In this document: piece by piece, positions 51,201 through 62,400 of the stretch
How positions within the stretch are numbered: the stretch's first letter is position 1
Layout: each line of letters opens with the position of its first letter
IMG/VR virus record: IMGVR_UViG_3300034022_001261
Direction: 5' to 3' (one strand)
Length of the DNA: 64,000 nt
From: a virus
Program-made: the position numbers and the translations under genes
The notes under the pieces: model-generated
The model's database searches: none
Seen by the model: only the letters and a program-made list of their open reading frames with translations
Told to the model about the DNA's origin: nothing

Positions 51201-53009
51201 GGTCAAGCAATTGACTATGCTATTACCATGAATAGCAGAGCAAGTGTAGATGCAAATATAAGTAGACAACATTATACCGAAGAAGTTTATAATGCACTCA
51301 CTTCTTCAATACGCAACAGTACCGAAAAGGGAGCTGACTTAAGAGGCATTCAACTTGCCTTAGCTAAGTTAACAGGCAAAGCAGGTAGCGACGCTACAGG
51401 AGTTTTAAATCAAGTAGGCACTCAAGCAATAGAAGAACAAGGTAGATATATTGGAGCGTTAAGAGCTTTAGCTTATAAAAAGGGAATAGAGGATCCTGAT
51501 CTTTTGGCCGGAGTTGATCAACTGATGTTAAAACAAAGACTTAAAGCCGGCGACAATGCTGCTTATTTAAGGGGTATAATTGAAGGATTCGAAGCAAATA
51601 GTAGCGAAATAGATCCAGCAAATGAATTAGCTAATAAATTTATAAACACTTTAAGAAATGCTGGGGACAGCGACACAGAAATTAATAATACTTTAGTTAA
51701 CACAATAGGTATTAGATCAGGAAAGTATGCTGCTCTTTCTCAAATGTCAGAAAATGCAGCCAGAGTTACAGCTGGGATAAGAGCAGCTGGTCAAACTTTT
51801 GGGATGGATAGAGGAAAACCTTTTATGGGGGAAGCTGTTTTAACTGCTGAAGGTAGAAAAGCTGCATCTCAAGTCCTAAATTTGCAAGATAAAATGTCTC
51901 AAGAGTTAGATGAAATGTTTAGCGGAGCAGTTAATGGAGCAGCAGATATGTCTGAACAAGCCGCTTTTCGAAATTCTATTGAAAGCGAAATGATGGGACA
52001 AAAACTTCATGCATCTATATTGGATTCCGCAAAAAACACAAACAGTAGCATTCAAGAAGTTATAGACAGTATAGATACAATGAGTTCAATGCGAAGAGGT
52101 ATGGATCTAACTAGCTATAGATCTGGCGGAGATGACCCAGATGAATTAGCAAAGTTAGTACAGGGTGCTAGGGATTCTAGAGCGATGTCTCACTATAAGA
52201 GGAAAAATGGTTTGATGGATTTGGTCGATCAATACGATGCTCTTAAAAGTTCTGGTGTACCAAAAAAGCAATTAATCGCTTATGATACCCTTAATACATA
52301 TAGAAAAGCATATGGATTTGAACCAGAAATAAATTTAGCTATGGAAGCTTTAAAAGTTGGAGACGATAAAGATATCAAGGATTTAGGTCTATCTGACAAT
52401 TTTGCTAATCAAGTTAGGGATATAAGGAGTGCTAGTAGAATTAGGGAAAGTTTGACCCCAGAACTTCAAGACCTATTATCTCAAAGAGGAAGTGCGATAA
52501 ACCTCGCCCCTAGCGTCTTAGATGATTTGGACAGGGCTGCCATGGTTGGTGACGAAGCTATGGATGGTGTTGGCGGTGGTGGCGGTATTGGTAATAATTA
52601 TAAAAGAATAGGTGATTCTTTTAGAGATGGAGCGATGAAAAAAGCTTTTGAAAATCCCACAATTAGAAAAGCTGGTTACGCTGGTTTGGCCATAATTGCT
52701 GCCAGCTTCGCCTATCAACATTCAAAGGGGAGAACTCCTGAAGACGTAGGAGGGCCACCTCTTCTTCCTGGTGGATCAGCCTATGAACAAATGCCTCAAA
52801 GATCTCCTCAAATGCCTCAGACTTCTATGTTCTCAGGCTATAATCAAGGTACTTCTTATTCAGTAAACCTAGAGGGAAGTTCGGACCAAATAAATAGTTT
52901 TAGATCTGCAGCTGGATCTGTTGCACCAGGCTCCGTGAACAGTACTATGTATAAGGGATTGCCCAATCTTGGCTCCGACCCCTATTCGCAAATAGCGAGT
53001 TCCTTTTAG
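48210..53009 (+). CDS. Large virion/ejection protein (1599 aa) with possible degenerate RNA-polymerase-like motifs
   Basis: TAATG-coupled ORF. Contains TIRF...NIKGV and SLGTFDLDDKG (see findings). Confidence 0.7.
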   Translation: MPMNFPPSYYAPEYLQMHRRALKNTIYGSGNVIKVEIDSGKITYVMNATGIRFNTYEEAFNAADTSGLTGFARVTGGGPGQSGSMRGLGGFNERVRSMREMLRTDSTLRDSLSFINSPADQLSFSIGSARIPEGAKETAKNVLKDVSEGRGFMFQTKDSGTFVRAFVNGEELTDVQLNELLYKTSDGAGGLFSNEQILKSLQEGKLGELFQKAAKRGKGIFSLDGISLAGNDLLSLAKGLDSTHSTFGDSIKIFDTSSDLTKIALAYLEDTSLSGEALVKKAMFGLSAREINEAAAYYGNSNAVQSALNSMESLGIVSTKDGGIARLTNDYPEIIEALKDPSKAKDLKGEALKRYENLMEQFQRPYDGSTLINKKFLDGIRKNMQAELKVLEKKGTANLSPEEYEKMKFLRSDIANSASGMDSETIRFNFMRNGRTFNIKGVGTTAELDSRLSRYTTVTSKANIKKELAIMGKTDMANIILQGKAKDLVFQDPLAPAFHGEIFSSQEAIDSTMERGNRILASYQEALKTGNIDKRLRKQIYAASDMAVDALPSEFRTSAERSKRYANLLIEALESGRDIRQMPQLSNYLMSFVQSEVARDRKGIMEPVMENVFRFSIDSELAYYSGRKTTGIEKATLEDVSNFRLSSKSGAQEIGLMNFKIRGHKMLTSGNAANIFHHSLGTFDLDDKGIPMMRVMDIFGERGEKIGERIGFFTIRQPTGPAEYVLSMAQFDTETIRATFGKNQSYVATLNRVVADGTATLDQQLLHRIVSPEDMTAKEMMAFDTRHAQMFRNQASIHETMIKTMEQSETPIARISQDIVNDLIGEKYGSTLAMSKDKYDRLLGAGFDEKQLMANYRQGNIFKLFAESGAYDFEKDSIQQILDETSLFSSSERAEIGRLSAIDGEGVKIQSALAKMMQTGTPEQVAKKELFISNLTAREFGIKQLRAAETADSLGLYINRLTMVTASTRQGDEILKHLDAADVLKLKQNYKVGLIDPGQAIDYAITMNSRASVDANISRQHYTEEVYNALTSSIRNSTEKGADLRGIQLALAKLTGKAGSDATGVLNQVGTQAIEEQGRYIGALRALAYKKGIEDPDLLAGVDQLMLKQRLKAGDNAAYLRGIIEGFEANSSEIDPANELANKFINTLRNAGDSDTEINNTLVNTIGIRSGKYAALSQMSENAARVTAGIRAAGQTFGMDRGKPFMGEAVLTAEGRKAASQVLNLQDKMSQELDEMFSGAVNGAADMSEQAAFRNSIESEMMGQKLHASILDSAKNTNSSIQEVIDSIDTMSSMRRGMDLTSYRSGGDDPDELAKLVQGARDSRAMSHYKRKNGLMDLVDQYDALKSSGVPKKQLIAYDTLNTYRKAYGFEPEINLAMEALKVGDDKDIKDLGLSDNFANQVRDIRSASRIRESLTPELQDLLSQRGSAINLAPSVLDDLDRAAMVGDEAMDGVGGGGGIGNNYKRIGDSFRDGAMKKAFENPTIRKAGYAGLAIIAASFAYQHSKGRTPEDVGGPPLLPGGSAYEQMPQRSPQMPQTSMFSGYNQGTSYSVNLEGSSDQINSFRSAAGSVAPGSVNSTMYKGLPNLGSDPYSQIASSF

Positions 53010-53020
53010 GTTGATTTCTT

Positions 53021-53473
53021 ATGATACTTGGTGCTGACAACCAAAACAAAAACTTACGTGCTGCAGCAAAGATTAAATCTAATCCAACTGCTAAGACCAA
53101 AACAGCTAATCACTACTCTGCTGCTATATCTACAAGCAAATCAGGTGGAGGATCTGGTGGATCCAATACGGTACATCAATCTAGACAAAAGATAAACGAT
53201 GGCCAACCAGATCCAATGAAGGGATCTTTTGAAGGTTTGGATACAGGAAAATCAGCACACATACAGCAAAATGGAGTAGGGTATGCTAATCCAGCTTTGC
53301 AAACAGCTAGATATGGAAATAGGAATAAAAACATAGAACCAGCAAGTGGGTCTAGTCTTTCCTTTACAAACATGGGTTTTAAGAGTATAATAGAGAACTA
53401 CAGTGGAGTCACTGCAGCTGGAACATCCAGTAGCAGGCTCAACGACAGAACAAGATTGAATGGTATGTTTTAA
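53021..53473 (+). CDS. Small Ser/Gly/Asn-rich hypothetical protein
   Basis: 150-aa ORF coupled by TAATG to the next gene. Confidence 0.65.
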   Translation: MILGADNQNKNLRAAAKIKSNPTAKTKTANHYSAAISTSKSGGGSGGSNTVHQSRQKINDGQPDPMKGSFEGLDTGKSAHIQQNGVGYANPALQTARYGNRNKNIEPASGSSLSFTNMGFKSIIENYSGVTAAGTSSSRLNDRTRLNGMF

Positions 53474-56400
53474 TGACTAGTTTAAATACTCAAGTAACTG
53501 CGTTCATGAAGGCTTTGGACAAAGCTAAATATGATGCAATTTTAGCTGATGTAACTAATCTAATAAACATAGGCCAAAGGGCTTTGAATGAAATAAAATC
53601 AATTATACAATCAGATTCAAGTACAGCATTTAAAAATAAATATAATAATATAAATGATGAAAATAATTTATTTTTCTATACCTGGAAGTCTTTAAAAAAT
53701 GGCTATGAAGGCTTTAATGATGGGACAAATCTAAAGCCAGGAAGTCCAGCAACTATAACTAAAATAAAAGCAGTTTATGCAAAAATTAAAGCAATAGAAG
53801 ATGCAGGAAAGGGTACTCCAAGGTATCCAGTTACTGAGCCTCGAGATGGTGGCATTATTGTACAGGTTCCATCGGAGGTATTTGTTAATATTTTTATTTT
53901 TGATAATGTCTTTGCAACTACAAAATTAAACGACGTTTATGGCAACAAAGCTATAACAGATTACATGTTTAGGGTTTTTCTTAAAAAAGAAGCATTTGAC
54001 GCTTCTGATGCTAATATTTATGTGGAAAATGCTGTCAGGGTAACTGGTGTTAATAATTTTGTAAAAGTTGCTTATCGAGATAGTTTTGCTGGATCGCTCG
54101 CTGCATTAAGAGCTATTAAAGATAAGTTACAAAATTACGAACCAGGTGCTGCGGAATTTGTAGCTACCCCAGAAGCTGATGCCGTAGAAGATGCTAACTC
54201 AGTGGTTGCTGAGTCTCAATTCAAAAACTTTATGGCTGAAGCGGGAATTGGTTTTGATTTAAGGTCAGAAGTTGCAACAAGGTATCCAGGGGTTCTTAGG
54301 GATGATCCTAAGCTAGATAAAACTAAAAAAAGTTTTTATAGAATATTTGCCGAAGATTTAAATAATATTGATGATAATAATAAATATGTAAAAAATATTT
54401 GGAATAGAATTAAATTGAGCGGTTTGCTAGAGTTAGCTTTGCAGGTAAATTCGATTTCAGATTTTGCCAGGAAAAGGTTTAGCGTAGGAACAAATCTTAC
54501 GGTTGGAGCTAAAGGTACTATAGCAAATGCAATAGACCCGGTAAGAGACACTATGTGGTTGAACGATCTTACCAATGCCATTACTAATCTAACTAGAGAT
54601 CCAATAACACTAGCTGTAATACAAAAATACTTTCCTAACCTAATTACATTATTTTTTAATGCAATAGCAGCTGCGGCAGATTACAATCCTAGCGCAGGTA
54701 GTCAAGACGATCCTATAAATAATCCGGACGAATTAGCAAGAAGTTTATTAAGAGCATTTGGCACTGATAAAGATGGAAAGCCTATTTTCCAAGCTGCTTG
54801 GGCAATAGAAAATACCGGACAAAAGATAAGAAAAGCTTTAGAGCAATTTCCTTTTAGGGAAAATATACCACCAAAAACTCCAGATATTTTTCATTTTAGA
54901 TTAGGTGCTGCAAACTTTTATGTTCCACCAATTTCAATAGAAGTAAATTCTCAATTCAAAACAGGTAGTCTTACAGGTGGTGCAATTAGACAAAAAAGTT
55001 CTCCCAAGTTTAACGCTGGATACAAACAGACTTCGATTAATCTAAAGTTATTTTTCCCTAACTATGAAGAAATTTGGGGAATAACAATTGATGGCATTAA
55101 GGAAGTTAAGCTTACTAATGACTTTAAGATTGACTTTAAAGTTGGAGGAGAATCAGAAGAGAAGATAGATAAGTTCTTATCCTCCTTAAGGGGTTTAATT
55201 GCAGCGTTTAAGTATGCTCCAATACTTCCAGTTAAGAATCATTATCTCAATACCGTACATGGCATTACCGGAGTTGCTCTTTCTTCAATGAGTATTTCTA
55301 CAATACCAAACTATCCGTTTGCTGTTGTAGTAGATCTTGAGCTATTGAATTTTAACCATAAGCCTTTCCTTCCAATGATTAAGGATTTTAATCAAGCAGT
55401 ACATTGGGGCAAGTATAGACATTATATGGGCAAAGCCGCAGGATCACTCCACTCATATGTTAATGCCTCGTTCTTTATGGAAAAAGCAGTCCCTGATGCG
55501 ACAACCGTAACTCCTGCTTCACTTTCTCCTGGTTCGGCAAACTACTCACCAGGGTTAACTCAAGATGGTCTTACGATATCAAACTCACTTACCCCTGTGC
55601 CACCATCTGATTCTAATATAGAGAATATATATGAACCAGATCTTTTAACAAATCCTTTTACCAACGACGTCTTTAATACAAACGTTATTAAAGAGTGGAA
55701 AAATGGAAACAATATAAGTTTATTTATTCCAGCTCAAACTCAAAGTAAATTATTCACTCCTGATACATCTTCTTTTAGATCGATTCAAGAAAGAGAAATG
55801 GAAGATTTAGGAGGATCTTTCTGGGATGCTAGATTAAAATCTTTGGGAATTGATATTAACCAGTCATCTAAGTATCATAGAGATTTAGATTCTGTAGTTG
55901 AAACTTCAATAGAAGGATCAGTAGCACCTAGCGCTAGAAAGTTAGTTCTAAATGCAATAGAATTAATAGTAGCAGGGGCAACCTCTCCTCTTTTATCTGG
56001 GCCAGCTAAAATCGTAACAATAGGGGATGGAACAAAGACTTCATTTGTTATTCCGCATAATTTTAATACCAAAAATGTAAGCGTGACCGTTATAGAAGCA
56101 GCTTCTCCAAATGGTTTAATTCCAACCGCTTGGGAAGCAACTTCTAATAGATCGATTACGGTTACATTTGATTCCGCGCCATCAGCTAATTCTCTAAAAG
56201 TATCAATAAAAGAAAGTGAATATAATGAAAGGATATATGAGTATCTTGTTACTTCATTTGTTCTAGAAAATAAAAATAAATTAAACCAAAATGAAATCAA
56301 TTATTTAAGAGTTGTTCCAGCAGAAAAAAATAAAATACCACAACACTTTACTACTAGGGCTCAGGTATATAAGTTCAAAAATAAAAACCTCATTCTGGAA

Positions 56401-59400
56401 AGACAAGGCCAACCTAATCAAAGCTATAACTTGCAAGAAGTTAGAATATTGTTTGAAAAAAGTTCCAAGGGAACTGAATCCTATTTGGATAGCTTGGCGC
56501 TACAAGACGCTACAGAAAAATCTTTAAGAACTGGTTTACCAATAAGTAAATTTTTAGAGGATTCTGAAAAAGATATAGGTAGAGCATTTACTGTTTTATT
56601 TTATAATAGATTTTTCAAGAGTGGACCAATGCAAGATACTCTAGAAAAATATAGATTAAGCAGGAGTCGATCTGGCGATGGAGGAATTTTTGGCAATGGT
56701 GTAGCAACCTTTAATGAGTGGGAAGTCCCAATGATTAAGGTTGACCTTGACCCTAAATCTGTTATTGTCAATGGAGTTTCAGTAACCCTTGGAAATAACC
56801 TAGCTAAAATGCAACTTCAAATGCAGGAAGAACCAACCTATCAACACATAGGTGGAAAAGACACTTATCTTAATATATCAATGACTATATTTGGTGAAAA
56901 AGAATTAATAAAAATAAGAAATGTTTTTGAACATATAAATGGCTTAGCTAGATTAGAGCACGCTGCTGGCGTAATAGGTTTTATGGGAATCAAAAATATC
57001 ATAGCTGGTTTAGCAGGCATGAAATATGTTATGCCACTAAGTTATGAGGTTAATACAATACCAAATTTCCCTCATGTTTATGATGTAAAAATGTCCTTTG
57101 TAGACTTTGATATATTTCAGCAACAACGAGAGCAGCTTTCTTCCAAGCAACAACAGGAAATGGTAGATACTTTTAAAACTAAAAAAAATCCATTTCTAAG
57201 AATAAAGCAACTATGGGGAGCATTCAACGCCTACCCCGACTTCCCTTTGACTATAAAAGATGATCAAGGGGAAGTAGTAGGATGTTTAGATCCTGATTAT
57301 TATTTTAGATCTTTTGAAATGTTTGATAGAGATATTATAAATAACATAACTGTTCAAACTGAAAAAAATAAAGATTTTATTATAACTCCAAAACAATATA
57401 ATACTGCTTCAAGTTCAGAACAAGCTAAAGCTGATGTAGCTATTATGAATGCAATTAAAGATTTTGTAAAAAATGATAAAATATCAGAACTAAAAAAATA
57501 TTTTGAAGAACAAGGAATTGGCGCAAGAGAATCAGTATCATACGTAGAGGGCGCAATTAAACAATTTTTTAATAATCAAAAAAAGCAATTGATAATTGAT
57601 TATATAAAAGAATTCCCTGAAATTGATGGCACTGTAGCTATTTTTGGTAGCGAATATGAAATAGGTTCTAATGCTACTGGAATAGAATTAAAAGCTGGAG
57701 ACATTGTATCTAGTGATCAATCTAAGATTAATGAATTAAATTCCTATTTATCAGGAGCAAAAGGTACAGGAGATGAAGACGGTTACATATCTTTTAACCC
57801 AGACAATTTAGGAATACATCACGTAATTACTCTATTGCCAGCACAGGAGAATACATCGGAAGATAAAGTCCCTGCAATATTTACCACCGCTATGGGCTAT
57901 CACTTAGGCTACATGAGTAAACTGAATAATAAATTCTATTTAACTATTGACGGAGTAGAGGTTACTAAATCAGAAAGTACCGGACAAATTGGATATAGGC
58001 CAATCCCTATATCTCATCAGGACGTAGACTCTCCATCCAAATCCTATTCGCCAGGACAAAAAACACACACCGGTGTTGCTGGATCAACCCCAGCCGACTA
58101 TGCAGACCCTTACTCTAACGGCAGTGCAGATAAACCAGAGGTAATGGCTACAAAGTCCAAAGTGCCTAGTACCACTAAGCATTGGGAAAAGATGCTTATA
58201 GATACTCAATACAGGGATATATCTGGAAGAATGCTGAGAGCGTTCCCAACTTATATGCTTTGGTTAATTGATGAAGGTGGATATTTTGCCGGAGTAAAAC
58301 TTTTTGATAATTTTTATGGACTTCAATCTATTATAGATTTTTCTATAGTTCAATCTGAAGATATTCTTGGAGACACTTTGATGTTAAGAGTTTCTAATCT
58401 TTATTCCAAGCTAACAACACCAGCTTCAAATTCATTATTTGATAAAACAGATGAATCTTATAATGATCAAGTATCAACTCAAGATGCTATGGATTCAGTA
58501 ATTGCCAATGTCCTAAACAGATCAATGAATTTACAGAATCATATGGACAGCACATTTGTTGTTGACATAAATAATATTAGACTTAAACCTGGTGTTAGAG
58601 TACACTTAAGAGCTGGTTATGGGTCTAATCCCAATTCGCTACAAACAGTCTTCAATGGAGTTATCACCCAAGTTGAAAACGGAGAAATAGTTACCATCAC
58701 TGCTCAGTCAGATGCAATAGAGCTAAGCCCTATCGTTAATAGTACTAATAAAAAAGGTGATAGCGGCAAGATTGATGGTGGAATCAATACTGGGTTTTGG
58801 TTATCGGAACCCAGAGATTTAATGGTTAGACTATTGTCTATGGGTTCCTCCAGGAGTAGAGAAGCTTTAGCTCATGCAACTAGAGGAACTATTTTTTCTG
58901 AAAATAAATTTGGAATTAGACATTTTGGTTCGATACTTTATCAGCCTTTAAATGATTTAGAACAAGCAAAAAATGATGCAGTCACTGCATCTGTCAAGGA
59001 TGCCTTTGAATCTCTAGGTACTGGAAGTGGAAATCTATTTGGGGCAGGTTCTGTTATTGGGGTATTGAGTTCCGGAACCAATGATGGAGAAGGATCTTTA
59101 AATGGAATTGGCCCAGAAATTAGAGTTCCTGGCGTTTCTTTAATGAAAACTTTATGGGCTAATTTTTCTACCCAAAGAGATTTTGAAATATTCAAAAGAA
59201 ATATATACCCAGGCAATGGGACAGGCATTGCCCAGTTCTTAGGCGGAGACTTAGGGGACGGTTGGTCTACAATTGCAAGCTTAACTCCAGAAGATAAACC
59301 TAACGAAAGAATTAATTATATAGGAAGAGCCACAGATGTAGCTTGGAACAACTTAACTACTGCATATGGACAAGGTAACCAAACTGCAACTTCAGTAATG

Positions 59401-62400
59401 GACGCTTACAATGTAGGTAACGAGCTTAGAAACAGTAATGGATCAGCCTCTTTAACAAGTGGCATAATCAGTGGAGGGATAGTGCTTGCAGGTGTTGGTG
59501 TTGCTGCTCTTGGAGCTCCAGTATTTGGCGCAGCTATTGGTTTAACGGGTGTTTTAAGTGGTAGGGGTGGAGCTAATATATTTAATGCGATGGGCATTAC
59601 TTCTGGGATGGATGATGATCTTCCTGGTTTAGATGAAGTATCTTTTAGAGCACAAACTTATATGAGAAGTGTTTGGGACTTATTTCAAACTTGCGCAAGA
59701 CTTCTTCCAAATTACATTGTGGCGATTAGACCATTTGAAGATAGATCTACTGTATTTTACGGAAAGCCTCATTGGCTGTACACATCAGGCGTAGTACCAC
59801 TTACTGCTGGTTTTGACACTGACCAAAGAGCTCAAAATGCCGGAGTAAATTATCCAAGAATGGTTGACATAGACCAGAATACTCAAGAGATTATCAACTC
59901 ATTGAATAAGGAATCTAACCCTTTCGCTGATGCAGAAGCATTTAGAAATGCCAATCAAACCCTAGTACCAATAGACACTATACTAGGAGCACAAGGTGGA
60001 ACATCTGGCAATATAGAGCTATATGCCCCAGGTAAGAAGTTGGCTGGAAGACTTGTAGCATTTGGTGTTGCATCTTCAATCTATTATAAGAAAGATGGCA
60101 AAGTAGTATCTAAACTCCCTTCTGATTCGGGATATGCTACTGTTGGCTATCACCTACCTATAACTGGAAATGGGACAGATATCGTAGTAGATTTAAGTAA
60201 AGAACAACTAGCGCAGCATAAACAAATAGATCAACTTCCTTACAGATATAGGTTTCCATTTTTTACCGACAGAGAAGATGGAATAGTATTAGAGGACTAT
60301 GCATATTATGCTTTAAGCAATCAACTTGGTAAATGGAATAATCACAGAGCTGATTATATGACTTTGGCAGTAGATGATTGGGCCTATGGCACTGTAGGCG
60401 CAAAAAAAGAGGAAACTGAATGGATCAAACTGTTAAAACTAGAAGCTTCTATTTTTACAGGCATCAATACAGTAGATACTACAAACACCAGAAACTCAAA
60501 TGAGGTTGGGATAGGATTAAAGTTTAAGTTAAGTGCTACTCTTTCTTTCAACAATGAACTAGAAGACGCATCAGCTTATATTTATTCTGAAAAAAATAAA
60601 ACAACAATGGGATCTGAAAACGTTATCAGAATGCCGTACCCAGACCTAAGAAAAAATAATGCGCCTGTAATAGACGGAGCCGATAGAGAGTATGCGATTA
60701 TTGGAAAAACAATCAATCGAGCAAACAACGCTGCTTCCATAATGGAATGGGGATCTCCAATGACGGCGTTGGAGGAGCAATTCTACATAGCTATGAGATG
60801 GCCATATAATCCAGGCGAAGGACTTAATGACTGGAGTGTAGAAAACTTTAAACTAATTCATAACATAACTGATACTTACGGTAGTGTCCAAGATTATAAG
60901 TCTAGAAAAGTATTAGTATATAGCCCTACAACTGGAATAGCAGTAGTTTGTAAACCAGCTTATTTTTTATGGGGCGACAAAAAAGTTAGCATACTTGCAC
61001 CTACGGTAGACAGCGATGCAGAAGACGCAGGACTTAGAGATGGCATAGATGAATTCGGCAATACTGTAGAACCAAAAACGGAGAGTGGGGGTAGTGGGGG
61101 TAATGCTTTAGGCTTAGGACTGGATGTCGAACTGGATGCAATAGTCTCACCCGATGCAGCTTATTTTTTGGGTATGTTAAATCTAACTGCAAATGAAACA
61201 ACTTTCTGGCAAGATGGGGACAGCTCTAAGTCGGAAGATTCTTGGCACGGAGCAGAGACTGCGATCATCAATGCGGCTAAAGCAAACATAGCTCCGTTCC
61301 CAGTTCCAAGAAAATGCCTCTATGCATTTGTCCCTGATGACACCCCATTGGGCGTTGTCCCAGATGTATTTTTGCCATCAAAAGAATTTGAAAGACCAAC
61401 AGACCTTAGCGAACTTGTTAAGCCTAAAAAAATAATTGGCTTTGGAAGTTTTAAGGGAAACAAAAGTATTATCAATCCAAATTTTATTAATGGTAAAGAA
61501 TCTTATCAATTTACTTTCGATAAAACAACAAGTGACTATACTACTGCCATAGAAGTTATGGGAAGTGCAAAACTAGCAGGAAATATAATGGGTAAAGAAG
61601 GACTTTCCACGGGTGGATATTTTGACTTGGTTAAGAAAAACAAATATACTGAACTTTCTAGAGATTCGCTAAAAGCAATCTTAGATAAAGAGACAGCTGA
61701 TTCTGGAGAAGGCAAAGAAGCAATTGGTAGAAAAAGATTTGTTGGAGTCTACACAGAAACTGATATGGTTTCAATAGATGCAAGAAAATTATATGACGAA
61801 GATTTTGATCAATCAGTAAGCGTATTAGCTGGAGATGGAAGAACGCTACAGCAAGCAGCAGATATTTGGGATCAATTTAGATTAGGATACCATACATATA
61901 CCAATGTAAAAGAAGCTTTCCAAAATGCCTACGGGCTAGACCCAGATAGCGAAGAGAAGTTAATTGATCTTGGTTCACTTGGCGCTGCTATAGGCACAGA
62001 TACTCCACCACCTGATTCCGGAGCAAATACCACTAGTGCTAGTAGTATTTTTAAAAAGTATGGGGATACAGGCGATAGTGCTGATGATGAGTTTACTGCA
62101 GTGTTTGGTGAAGATTTCTTTGCTACTACAACAGTAAGTTCAGTGGAAAGAAGTCGTGGTCTAACCGGGATAAATGGAGATAAGATTAAGCAGGCTCTTG
62201 ACTTGTCTAGGCAGAAGTTTATAGATGGATCAATAGAAAATGACGGACTAATAGAATATTTTAATGACCTAGTTACATCTAAGGTAGAAGGTATTAAGAG
62301 TATCATTTCAGATGGAATAAAATTAGCTGGGGTTGATCCAGAAGATTATTTAGGAACTGTAGAAACTCCAAAACAACTTTTCCTATATTTAGTAGGGGCT

